Of a DNA stretch of 45,891 nucleotides, positions 9,510-17,832 are shown piece after piece. The first letter of the stretch is position 1, and each line of letters begins with the position of its first letter. Both the position numbers and the translations under genes were made by a program. Source of the stretch: Eubacteriales bacterium. GTDB taxonomy: Bacteria; Bacillota; Clostridia; Oscillospirales; CAG-272. Under the pieces are notes generated by a model. It did no database searches. It had not been told where the DNA came from and saw only the letters and a program-made list of their open reading frames with translations. The stretch is taken from NCBI GenBank assembly GCA_045653745.1, contig JAZOMD010000109.1, forward strand, positions 1 through 45,891, given 5' to 3'.

Positions 9510-10390
9510 TTAAGCACCCCCAAATCAACCAGATTTCCGAAAAAGACGTCAAAGAGCTTTTCGTGAGCGGGAACGAGAAGATAGGCTCCGCCTCTGGATT
9601 CACAGTAATTCTTGATTCTCTCAACGACAAAGCGCAAAGCGGCTTTGTAGGCGTTCACTCTGTCTTTATCTATCTTCTTACGGAAGAAGCGCTGCGGATC
9701 TTCCGAATCGAAAAGGTGCATTTTCCCTCTGAACTGCGGATTAAGCTCCTCACGGGAAAGAATCTGCACGCAGAAAACGTCCCTTCTCTGCTCCGTAAGC
9801 TTGTCTATCGCCTGCACGAAATCCGCGTCGGTCAGAAAGTCCGAAATTATTATAGAATACCCGTCGCCCATACCTATTTTCGAATTTACTATCGCCTCGC
9901 TGATAGCCACGTCGTCGGTGAATTCTATTTCATTGAGCTTGTTAACAGAGGCAAGATAGGCTTCCTTGCCAACTATACCGGAAATGATTTCGTCAAGTCT
10001 GCCACCGTGTATTGCGTACACCGACACCTTATCCATCTCACACACCGAAAGATATGCAAACGCCGCCGCCATCTTCAGCACCTGCTCGGCCTTTTCCTGA
10101 CTTGAAAACCGAACGGAACGGCTTGCGTCTATATATATCTTCGTATGCATCTGGCGCTCGTCCAGATACAGCTTCTGAAAAAGCTTGTCCGAGCGAGCGT
10201 AGATTTTCCAGTCGATTTTATTGATATCGTCGCCTTCTCTGTACTCGCGGTAATCCGCGAAGTCACACGACGAGCCAAAATTCTTCGACCTATGGTTTCC
10301 GCCAAACATTCCGGCAATATTGTTTTTGAGGACCGTTTCAAGGGCTTCAAGCTCCATAAGAAACGCCTCGTCAATTACCATTTTTCCCAT
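9506..10390 (-). CDS. DUF58 family protein (vWA-like MoxR partner)
   Basis: G.HRS..FG.S.DFADYREYREGDDINKIDWKIYAR; DASRS; IISDF. Confidence 0.93.
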   Translation of the reverse strand: MGKMVIDEAFLMELEALETVLKNNIAGMFGGNHRSKNFGSSCDFADYREYREGDDINKIDWKIYARSDKLFQKLYLDERQMHTKIYIDASRSVRFSSQEKAEQVLKMAAAFAYLSVCEMDKVSVYAIHGGRLDEIISGIVGKEAYLASVNKLNEIEFTDDVAISEAIVNSKIGMGDGYSIIISDFLTDADFVQAIDKLTEQRRDVFCVQILSREELNPQFRGKMHLFDSEDPQRFFRKKIDKDRVNAYKAALRFVVERIKNYCESRGGAYLLVPAHEKLFDVFFGNLVDLGVLK

Positions 10391-11446
10391 TTAGCGAACC
10401 TTTTCAGTTTCTTTGATTATCATTCCTATAACCTCGTCAACGGTAAGCTTCTCGTTGACGGCGGTGTAATTGATTTTAATTCTGTGGCGAAGCACCTGAC
10501 GTGCAAGCGCATCGATATCCTCGTAGGAAACGTTGTATCTGCCCTGCATAAGCGCGCGCACCTTTGCCGCGGTAATAAGGCCCTGCGCCGCACGGGGAGA
10601 CGCACCGTATTTTACATACTTCTTGGTAGAGGGAGCTCCTGCGTCGAGCTCGGGGTGAGTTCCGGTTACGATACCGACAGCATAACGAAGAACCTCGTCT
10701 GCGAGGGGAACCGATGCCGCAAGCTCTCGCATCTCGAGAATTTCCTCTCCCGAAAGCGCCGCGTTCGCAGTCTCATCCATCGTCTTCTGAGTCATTTTAA
10801 CTATGTCGCAAAGCTCGTCCGCGTTAGGGAAGCCTACGATAAGCTTGAACATAAATCGGTCCATCTGAGCCTCGGGAAGCGGATACGTACCGTCCTGCTC
10901 TATCGGGTTCTCGGTTGCCAGAACGAAGAAGGGCTCTTCAATCTTGTAGGTCGCGTTATCCACGGTAACCTTGTGCTCCTGCATTACCTCGAGCATAGCA
11001 GACTGGGTCTTGGGGGTTGCACGGTTTATCTCGTCGGCAAGAACGAGATTTGCAAATATAGGACCTCTCTTAAACTTCGTTACGAGTCTGCCGTTTTCGT
11101 CCTTCTCGATTATGTTGGCGCCCGTTACGTCGGAGGGCATAAGGTCGGGGGTGAACTGTATTCTCGAAAAGGGAAGGTCGAGTACTCTTCCGAGCGAGCG
11201 CACAAGACGGGTCTTGCCTACTCCGGGAACACCCTCGAGAAGCACGTTTCCTCCCGCTACTATCGCTATAATGACGTTATCGATTATTTCGCTCTGTCCT
11301 ACGACGTCGCGCCCCAGCTGCGCCTTTACGTCTTCAATCTTTTTGCTGAACGCCTTTACTCTTTCAAGCTCGGATGCGCTCTCGCCTACAACCGTATTTC
11401 TGTTTTCCATTTCAACCTCGATTGCGTTTATTTCGGTATTGCTCAT
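10391..11446 (-). CDS. moxR: MoxR-family AAA+ ATPase
   Basis: Walker A GVPGVGKT, RIQFTPDLMPSD, Walker B LADEINRATPKTQSA, ATENPIEQDGTYPLPEAQMDRF, GASPRA. Confidence 0.96.
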   Translation of the reverse strand: MSNTEINAIEVEMENRNTVVGESASELERVKAFSKKIEDVKAQLGRDVVGQSEIIDNVIIAIVAGGNVLLEGVPGVGKTRLVRSLGRVLDLPFSRIQFTPDLMPSDVTGANIIEKDENGRLVTKFKRGPIFANLVLADEINRATPKTQSAMLEVMQEHKVTVDNATYKIEEPFFVLATENPIEQDGTYPLPEAQMDRFMFKLIVGFPNADELCDIVKMTQKTMDETANAALSGEEILEMRELAASVPLADEVLRYAVGIVTGTHPELDAGAPSTKKYVKYGASPRAAQGLITAAKVRALMQGRYNVSYEDIDALARQVLRHRIKINYTAVNEKLTVDEVIGMIIKETEKVR

Positions 11447-12963
11447 CAGTTTTCTTCTCCTTTGTCAAATCCGCCGTAAAGAATAGCGAAATATTTTTCC
11501 ATAGCGTCCTGCTCTTCTTCCGTGTAATCACCGTTCTGAAGTCCGCCAAACATCAGTGCGTAATATCTTTCGATAATAACGCCGTACTCAACGTATGTAT
11601 TCGTGTAGGGGTCGAGAACGAGATCGTCACTTCCGTATTCCGTTCCGCTTCCTATTGCTCCGCCGCCCGAGTTCTCCTTATCGGGAGCGCTCGTGCCACC
11701 CGACGTATCGATAAACGAGGGTCTTTTGAATTTAACCGGCTCGCAGTCAAATATGCTTGCTATCCGCTTAATCGTATTTTCTCCCGTATCGGTGCTCGCC
11801 TTATGAAGAGAGAGCGCCGCAAAGAGATCGCCGAGAACGGCGCCCACGGTCGAATCAAGCTCTCGCTGAACCGACTCGTATCCGTGAGAGGCAACCTGCC
11901 CGGAAAGCTTTGCAAGACCGTAAAGCCTCGTGCCGTCACCGTTTTCCTCCTCTGCCAGAGCAAGCCTTGTAAGCACCGCCCAGAGAGCGTCCGTCTCCGA
12001 TATGCCGGAGGATGTCAGAGCCTGCGATATCCCCGTAGACGCTTTGAGAAGGCTGAGCTCGGTTTCGGCTTTGATTTGCTCCTCGTCCGGATTTTCTGCC
12101 GCAACTCCGGAATTCACGAATGTCGCCCGGAAGTCCGAAATCTCCGATGAGAATTTATCCCACTCGTCAAGAGCCGGCCAATCGTAATAATTGATAGCCT
12201 CGGCAAGAGCCTTAAGCTCTGGCGTATCCTTCGCCCAGAGCGCACTCATCAGCTCCAGCGCAAAGGAGGAAGCGTCGGTTTCAAGAAGAATTTCCCTCAT
12301 TGCGGCGTCTAGCGCCTCGTCCTTCTTTTTTACGGTTTCCGTAACCTTCAAGACTTCAAGCAGCTCTGAAAGTATAGAGACCGTATTCTCCCTGTACGGA
12401 GATGCCATATCCGAGGCTGCCACGCTGCTTATCAGCTCGTTCATCGCCCTTATCTGAAGCTCGGTTATCTTGAATTCCTCCTCAAAGACCGGTGGCGCCG
12501 GCGGCTCGGGCTTCGTATAAACCAACGACCCGACGAGCGTTGCGGCTCCCACAGCGAGCGCGATTATATGTAACCACAGTCCTTTTATCTTCAGAAATTT
12601 CGTTGAAATTGAAGACAGACGCTCGTTTGCATCCTCGCGCTGGAGCTTATGTATAGCAGATTCCTCTGCCGAAAACTCAAGCATCGTTTCAACTCGCTCC
12701 GCAAGAGAAAGCTCGGCATCAAGCCGCCTTGCAAGCTCTATATCCGAAAACCCGAATACGAAGAAAAGCACACCACCGATAAGCAGAGCGGCAGCCGCTC
12801 CGATAAAGGAGTAAAGAAAATTCCTGCTTTCTATAAGCTCAAGCTTCGCGAGAAGCATAAGAATTCCCACCGTGAAAATCCCGAGAGCGAGTGCCAAGGA
12901 TATCGATTTGAACAAGCGTATTTTAAAGGCTTTCTTTTTAAATTTTATAAAATTTACGCCCAT
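11446..12963 (-). CDS. MoxR-operon membrane protein (3 TM plus long helical region; DUF4175-like)
   Basis: ARRLD..LSLAERVETMLE motif and a terminal KYFAIL, typical of MoxR-associated membrane proteins. Start moved to ATG 12963 (AGGAGA RBS) because the longer start lies inside the promoter. Confidence 0.78.
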   Translation of the reverse strand: MGVNFIKFKKKAFKIRLFKSISLALALGIFTVGILMLLAKLELIESRNFLYSFIGAAAALLIGGVLFFVFGFSDIELARRLDAELSLAERVETMLEFSAEESAIHKLQREDANERLSSISTKFLKIKGLWLHIIALAVGAATLVGSLVYTKPEPPAPPVFEEEFKITELQIRAMNELISSVAASDMASPYRENTVSILSELLEVLKVTETVKKKDEALDAAMREILLETDASSFALELMSALWAKDTPELKALAEAINYYDWPALDEWDKFSSEISDFRATFVNSGVAAENPDEEQIKAETELSLLKASTGISQALTSSGISETDALWAVLTRLALAEEENGDGTRLYGLAKLSGQVASHGYESVQRELDSTVGAVLGDLFAALSLHKASTDTGENTIKRIASIFDCEPVKFKRPSFIDTSGGTSAPDKENSGGGAIGSGTEYGSDDLVLDPYTNTYVEYGVIIERYYALMFGGLQNGDYTEEEQDAMEKYFAILYGGFDKGEEN

Positions 12964-12997
12964 AAAATCTCCTAAAATAATATATGTTAATAATAAT

Positions 12998-13026
12998 ATT
13001 ATACCAAAGAGGGCGACTAATGTCAA
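12998..13026 (-). promoter_or_regulatory. Consensus sigma-A promoter for the moxR-vWA-lipoprotein operon
   Basis: Minus strand TTGACA-17 bp-TATAAT with extended -10 TGG. Confidence 0.85.
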
Positions 13027-13083
13027 CATTTAATTTTTAAATTACTGTTCTATGAGTAGGAAAGCTTTTTGCGGCTTTTGCTC

Positions 13084-13112
13084 GTGACAATTTGCGAATA
13101 CTATTGTATAAT
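13084..13112 (+). promoter_or_regulatory. Sigma-A promoter for the divergent thiol-redox pair
   Basis: GTGACA-17 bp-TATAAT. Confidence 0.7.
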
Positions 13113-13157
13113 TATTTCGTTAATTTTTCACTCGACAAATTCAAGAAAGGACAGGTT

Positions 13158-13994
13158 ATGACGGAAAGCCAAAAATCAAGGCTGAAGAGCCTTATCCCCG
13201 ACGGAAGGCTTGAGAAGGTAAAGCTTCTTCTTTCTCTTCTGCTCTCGCTTCTTTTAATTGTAACCGCCGTATGCTTTGTAATCAGCTGCGTTTCGATTTA
13301 CAAAAGCGGCTCCGACGCACCGTTTTCAAGAGATACGGTTGCGGCTCATCTGAAAAGAGTCGCTCCTATAAGCCTTAGCACCATAGGACTTGCAGTGGCG
13401 GTCGGTATCATCTCGCTTTTCACAAAAAAATCCAAAACGAAAAATATTCCCATCGAAAAAAAGACGCTTCTTTCGATATTCACAAAAAGGCTCTCAAATT
13501 TCCAAACCTCCGCCGAATATGCTCGCTTCGTGGACGAAGAAAGAAAAAGAAGACGGATAACCGTATTATCTGCCACAGCGCTCTCTCTTGTTTTTGCGGC
13601 ATCGGCTCTTATATTCGTTCTGAATCCGTCAAGATACTCGCTTGACGACATAAATACGGGCATAGCCTACGCCGCGGTTATCGCTTGCGTATCCACACTT
13701 CTCGTATTTGCGGTTTGCTTGGCTTGCGCGCACCTTCTCGACCTCTCCTACGCCAGAGAAATCAAAATGGCAAAAGAGGAGATAAAGAGCCTTAATCAAG
13801 GTGTGAAAATCGCTCCGAGCGATGAGGAGCTCCGCGCTCTTTCCTCACGCGAAGGACACGCGATCTCTCTTGTAAGAATAATAGTTCTGACCGTCGCCGT
13901 AGCATTCATTATCGCAGGAATATTCAACGGCGGAATGGCAGACGTTCTCGGAAAGGCAGTCCGTATTTGCACGGAATGTATAGGTCTTGGCTGA
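13158..13994 (+). CDS. Multi-TM membrane protein ending in a CD1871A-like CxxC motif
   Basis: About 5 hydrophobic helices. The C-terminus GIFNGGMADVLGKAVRICTECIGLG matches the CD1871A-family tail as I recall it (not searched). Start set at MTESQK after the AAGGA RBS. Confidence 0.8.
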   Translation: MTESQKSRLKSLIPDGRLEKVKLLLSLLLSLLLIVTAVCFVISCVSIYKSGSDAPFSRDTVAAHLKRVAPISLSTIGLAVAVGIISLFTKKSKTKNIPIEKKTLLSIFTKRLSNFQTSAEYARFVDEERKRRRITVLSATALSLVFAASALIFVLNPSRYSLDDINTGIAYAAVIACVSTLLVFAVCLACAHLLDLSYAREIKMAKEEIKSLNQGVKIAPSDEELRALSSREGHAISLVRIIVLTVAVAFIIAGIFNGGMADVLGKAVRICTECIGLG

Positions 13995-13995
13995 T

Positions 13996-15489
13996 ATGAA
14001 AAAGCTTTTCGGAAAATTAAAGGGTCTTATCCCAACCAAGAGAAGACTCATTCAGCTATACGCAGCTCTGCTCACAAATGCAAACATAAAGGGTTTTGCA
14101 AACGGACGAATTTATCAGGGTCCGGTCAAGAACGCCTGCGTTCCCGGGCTTAACTGCTATTCCTGTCCTGCGGCGGCAGGCTCCTGCCCTCTCGGAGCGT
14201 TGCAAAACGCGCTTGCCGCAAGCGGAAAGCGCACCCCGTACTACGTTTTCGGCATTATTCTGCTCTACGGAATAATTTTCGGAAGAATGATATGCGGCTT
14301 CCTCTGCCCCTTCGGTCTGGTACAGGATCTCCTATATAAAATCAAAACTCCAAAGCTCGGCAAGAGCAGAGTAACGAAGGTTTTCTCCTATTTCAAGTAC
14401 GTAATACTCGTCCTTTTGGTAGTCGTGTTCCCTCTCATTTATGCGTTCAAGGATATGCCTCTGCCCGCATTCTGTAAATACATATGCCCTGCCGGCACGC
14501 TCGGCGGAGCAATAGGTCTCCTTCTTAACTCGGCAAACGACGGACTTTACGCAATGCTCGGTCCGTTATTTACCTGGAAATTCGTCCTTCTCGTAGTCTT
14601 CATCGTTGCAAGCATATTCATATACCGCTTCTTCTGCCGTTTCTTCTGCCCCCTCGGCGCCCTTTACGGTCTTTTCAACAAGTTCGCAATTCTCGGAATC
14701 AAGCTTGAAAAGCCGAAATGCACCGACTGCGGTAAGTGTATCTCTACCTGCAAGATGGATATAACGAGGGTCGGAGACAAGGAATGTATAAGCTGCGGCG
14801 ACTGCGTTTCGGTATGCTCCACGGGAGCGATAGAATACAGAGGCGGAAGGTGGCTGCTCGCAGAGAACACAATTCCCGAAAATGCTACCGCAGAAGAAAA
14901 GGCGGCAGCTCGAAAGAAACGCAGCAAGCGTTCCCTTGTAATCAAAATTACATCTTTGGTTCTTGCGGCGGCACTCCTTATCGGTACACTCGTATACTAT
15001 AACGTTATCGACAACAAGCCCCTTCCCGAATCGGGGAGCGAGGTTGGATATTCCTGCCCGACGAACGACCTTGAGCTTGTAGACGGCTCGGGCAAGATAA
15101 GCATTTCCGCCCTTCGCGGCAAAATCGTGGTTATCAACTTCTGGGGTACGTGGTGTACTCCCTGCGTTGCGGAATTGCCCCACTTTGACGAGCTTGCAAG
15201 GGAATATAAGGACGAAGTAATCGTCCTCGCAGTACACTCCTCCGACAGCTATGGAAATATGCTCCCCGAGGATTTTGTAGAGGCGTACTACCCCGAGAGC
15301 GAAATGATTTTCGCCAAGGATAAGCCCAGCGAGTCGGACCCGTACGTCGATGATTATTACCTCACTCTCGGCGGCATCAGCACATATCCTATGACTGTCA
15401 TAGTTGATGCAGAAGGCGTTATCACCTTCAAGCGAGAGGGTTCAATGACGTACAGCGATCTCGTCAGCCAAATAGAGGCGATAAAGTAA
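13996..15489 (+). CDS. NapH/YccM-type membrane 4Fe-4S-binding protein fused to a C-terminal TlpA-like thioredoxin
   Basis: CVPGLNCYSCP..CPLG, CGFLCPFG, CKYICPAG, CRFFCPLG; two CxxCxxCxxxC clusters (CTDCGKCISTC, CISCGDCVSVC); a TM; then GKIVVINFWGTWCTPCVAELP...YPMT. ATG lies 1 nt after the upstream TGA (alternative TTG at 13987). Confidence 0.92.
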   Translation: MKKLFGKLKGLIPTKRRLIQLYAALLTNANIKGFANGRIYQGPVKNACVPGLNCYSCPAAAGSCPLGALQNALAASGKRTPYYVFGIILLYGIIFGRMICGFLCPFGLVQDLLYKIKTPKLGKSRVTKVFSYFKYVILVLLVVVFPLIYAFKDMPLPAFCKYICPAGTLGGAIGLLLNSANDGLYAMLGPLFTWKFVLLVVFIVASIFIYRFFCRFFCPLGALYGLFNKFAILGIKLEKPKCTDCGKCISTCKMDITRVGDKECISCGDCVSVCSTGAIEYRGGRWLLAENTIPENATAEEKAAARKKRSKRSLVIKITSLVLAAALLIGTLVYYNVIDNKPLPESGSEVGYSCPTNDLELVDGSGKISISALRGKIVVINFWGTWCTPCVAELPHFDELAREYKDEVIVLAVHSSDSYGNMLPEDFVEAYYPESEMIFAKDKPSESDPYVDDYYLTLGGISTYPMTVIVDAEGVITFKREGSMTYSDLVSQIEAIK

Positions 15490-15541
15490 TATAGTGCGCC
15501 ATTTTGACCACTTTTGTTTGCATATATTGCATTTTTATAAG

Positions 15542-15573
15542 AAAAAAGCCGAATCTGCAAAGATTCGGCTTTT
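15542..15573. terminator. Bidirectional rho-independent terminator
   Basis: AAAAGCCGAATCT-GCAA-AGATTCGGCTTTT between convergent genes. Confidence 0.9.
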
Positions 15574-15597
15574 AATTTTTGAGTGTATTTTTTGAGA

Positions 15598-16248
15598 TTA
15601 TTTCGCCTGCAAAACGATAGTTACGGTATTGTCCGTAAGGGTGAAGTAATCGTCAGTGTAGGCATACGCATCGGGTGCTGAAACGACCTTCGCCTTGTAG
15701 GTATCGCTCTTAAGAGCGCTCTCAAGCTTACCGTTTGAATCTGTGGGCTTCGGAAGCTGGCAGGCACCCGTAGCATCGCAAATCTGGACCATTACGCCCG
15801 CGATGGGATTACCGCTTGCATCCTTTACGTAAACCGTATAAACGGGAAGCTTCTCGAGCGTTACGGTTGCCGCGTTATTTACAAGCTTGGTGTTGACTGT
15901 GGGGGAATCAAATCCTGCGGGAACGTAGGTTATTTTCGCATAATATTCGCCCTCGTTCTTTATCTTGAACGTTGCAAGACCGTCAGCGCCGGTCGTAACT
16001 TCGCTGCCCATAGGAGCAACGCCGTCCAAAAGAAGCTGCACCTTAGCTCCGCTGACAAGGTTGCCCGCGGAATCCTTAACCGTTACGGTATAGGTTATCT
16101 TTCCATCGTCTGCGCCGGGAGTGTCGCCTCCGCCCTCACCGGAACCTCCGGGCTCATTGCCGCCACCACAGGATACGAGTGCAAACGCCATGCATAACGT
16201 AAGCGAAAGAAGCAGGAGCACCGACATTAACTTTTTAAGGCTTTTCAT
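15598..16248 (-). CDS. Lipoprotein with two prealbumin/carboxypeptidase-regulatory-like domains; the second carries Cx5C
   Basis: Lipobox LVSC; repeats YTVTVKDSAGNLVSGAKVQL...TGADG and YTVYVKDASGNPIAGVMVQICDATGAC...TDSNG; GGAGG RBS. Confidence 0.87.
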   Translation of the reverse strand: MKSLKKLMSVLLLLSLTLCMAFALVSCGGGNEPGGSGEGGGDTPGADDGKITYTVTVKDSAGNLVSGAKVQLLLDGVAPMGSEVTTGADGLATFKIKNEGEYYAKITYVPAGFDSPTVNTKLVNNAATVTLEKLPVYTVYVKDASGNPIAGVMVQICDATGACQLPKPTDSNGKLESALKSDTYKAKVVSAPDAYAYTDDYFTLTDNTVTIVLQAK

Positions 16249-16278
16249 AAAATCCTCCGTTTAATATTATCTTGGTAT

Positions 16279-16307
16279 ATTATACCACGGTAAATTGCCG
16301 TTTTCAA
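16279..16307 (-). promoter_or_regulatory. Sigma-A promoter overlapped by an 8-bp inverted repeat
   Basis: Minus strand TTGAAA-17 bp-TATAAT with extended TGG; AAATTGCC(16292-16299)...GGCAATTT(16310-16317) flanks the -35. Confidence 0.7.
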
Positions 16308-16332
16308 GTGGCAATTTTCATTTTTTATTTCT

Positions 16333-17709
16333 TTATCTGTCTTCGTAATAGCAGCAAGCAAAGAGATGTGCGTTTTCAGCGACTACCGTACCATCCGTTA
16401 TAATAGAGAAAATGTAGTTTGCGCCGCCGCTATACCATCCCCATGCGTCACCTATTACGGCGAACGCCTCCTTGATTGCCGGTGTGAGGGGATAAACGCC
16501 GAGAGATTCGTCAGCCGCGTCGATATATTTTTGAATCATCGTGTGATAATTGATTTTTTTCTCGAGCTCACCGTCTTCACCGTAAATGTAAACGGAAAGC
16601 TGAGTGGTTTCCATTATGGTTTTAAACGAGGCAAGATACGGAGAATCAACGGCAATCTTAGCGAGGATTACCGGACCGTCTGCCGAGCCGAGGTGATAAA
16701 ATCCGTCGTTTTCGTTGTATACCGCGCTAAGAGTCGAATCGGTTATGTCAAAATCGGTGAGCTCGGAAAGTCCGCCGATTTCAAAATCGGGAACGTACTT
16801 CGGAGGATTCTCGGGAAGAAGATACTCCTCCCAAGGAAGCTCCTCCTTGCTGAGAGGAAGCTCGGTGTCAACGCATTTTATGGTAACCGTAGCGGAGCAC
16901 GCCACCTCGGTGTCTATGCGGCATACGTATCTTGAGCTTGAATTATAGTCCTCTCCGACGTTGAATATTCTTATGTTGAAGAAGAGGTCGCCGTCCTCGG
17001 TAAACACCTCTCCGCTTCCGTCCTCCGAGGCAAGATTTACCGCCTGAACAAAATGAGGACCGCCGTAATAGCCAAGCGAGGTCTGCTCGTCACACTCAAC
17101 GGATATTTTGTATTGTCCGCGCATCGTAGGAACGAAAATAAAGTAGTTATATCCCTCTTTTAAATCGACGCGGTATCCTCCGTCGTCGAGAATCGAGGCA
17201 GAAACCGACTCCACTATCCCGTCACTCGGATAAATCGTTGCCGTGGGAAGACCGTCGGTAACATCGTATATGGTAACGGTAATCTCCTCCGCACCGTCGG
17301 AAAGGGTAGCAAGAGACTTATCGTAATAAAAGTCGGAATTCTTAGAATCCACAATCTCAACAGTAAAGGGCTTTTCAGATGCAGTCAGCGCATTCTTTTC
17401 CGAGCAGGAAACTATTCCCTGCTCGTCCGTCATTTTCATACCGAGCTTCTCTCCGTCTGCATCAAGTATGGTTACTATCATATTAGGCAAAGGCGTGCCG
17501 TGTGCATCAACCACCTTTACCGTGTAGACTATCTTGCCGTCGAGATTAGGGTCCCCAAGCTCTGCCTCGCACACGTCGCAAACGAGGTCGCGGTTTTCGT
17601 CCACGCAAGTCTTGCACGACCCGTCTGTGCTATCACCGCACGCCGCCAAAGCAAGGATAGAGATAAAAGCGACGAGTGTCAGAATAATATTTGAAATTCT
17701 TTTTAACAT
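16333..17709 (-). CDS. Lipoprotein: 4-Cys N-terminal module, prealbumin-like domain, beta-sandwich, and DGFYH...CxYY domain
   Basis: Lipobox LAAC; CKTCVDENRDLVCDVC; YTVKVVDAHG; YFIFVPTMRGQYKI; DGFYHLGSADGPVILAKI...GVYPLT...HLFACCYY. Confidence 0.87.
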   Translation of the reverse strand: MLKRISNIILTLVAFISILALAACGDSTDGSCKTCVDENRDLVCDVCEAELGDPNLDGKIVYTVKVVDAHGTPLPNMIVTILDADGEKLGMKMTDEQGIVSCSEKNALTASEKPFTVEIVDSKNSDFYYDKSLATLSDGAEEITVTIYDVTDGLPTATIYPSDGIVESVSASILDDGGYRVDLKEGYNYFIFVPTMRGQYKISVECDEQTSLGYYGGPHFVQAVNLASEDGSGEVFTEDGDLFFNIRIFNVGEDYNSSSRYVCRIDTEVACSATVTIKCVDTELPLSKEELPWEEYLLPENPPKYVPDFEIGGLSELTDFDITDSTLSAVYNENDGFYHLGSADGPVILAKIAVDSPYLASFKTIMETTQLSVYIYGEDGELEKKINYHTMIQKYIDAADESLGVYPLTPAIKEAFAVIGDAWGWYSGGANYIFSIITDGTVVAENAHLFACCYYEDR

Positions 17710-17781
17710 AGTTACTCCATTTGCCGCCGTAAGACGGTAGGTTTTATAAATGACACTTGCAAAAAAACATTTCTGTTAGGT

Positions 17782-17820
17782 AAATCAGGGGGCGTTTTCG
17801 TGTAATGCCCCCTGATTTTT
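17782..17820. terminator. Stem-loop downstream of the TlpA-lipoprotein gene (terminator or mRNA-stabilising hairpin)
   Basis: AAATCAGGGGGCGTT...AATGCCCCCTGATTT. Confidence 0.7.
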
Positions 17821-17832
17821 AGTTATTTTCGA

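Noticed and set aside
12964-13157. Longer N-termini given by the ORF track (13029 and 13092 starts; likewise 20748 and 7711)
   Set aside because: They overlap promoters or lack an RBS; downstream ATGs have good Shine-Dalgarno spacing.
13992-13998. Selenocysteine or readthrough at the TGA after CTECIGLG
   Set aside because: The next gene begins in a different frame, the family tail normally ends at this point, and I see no evident SECIS.
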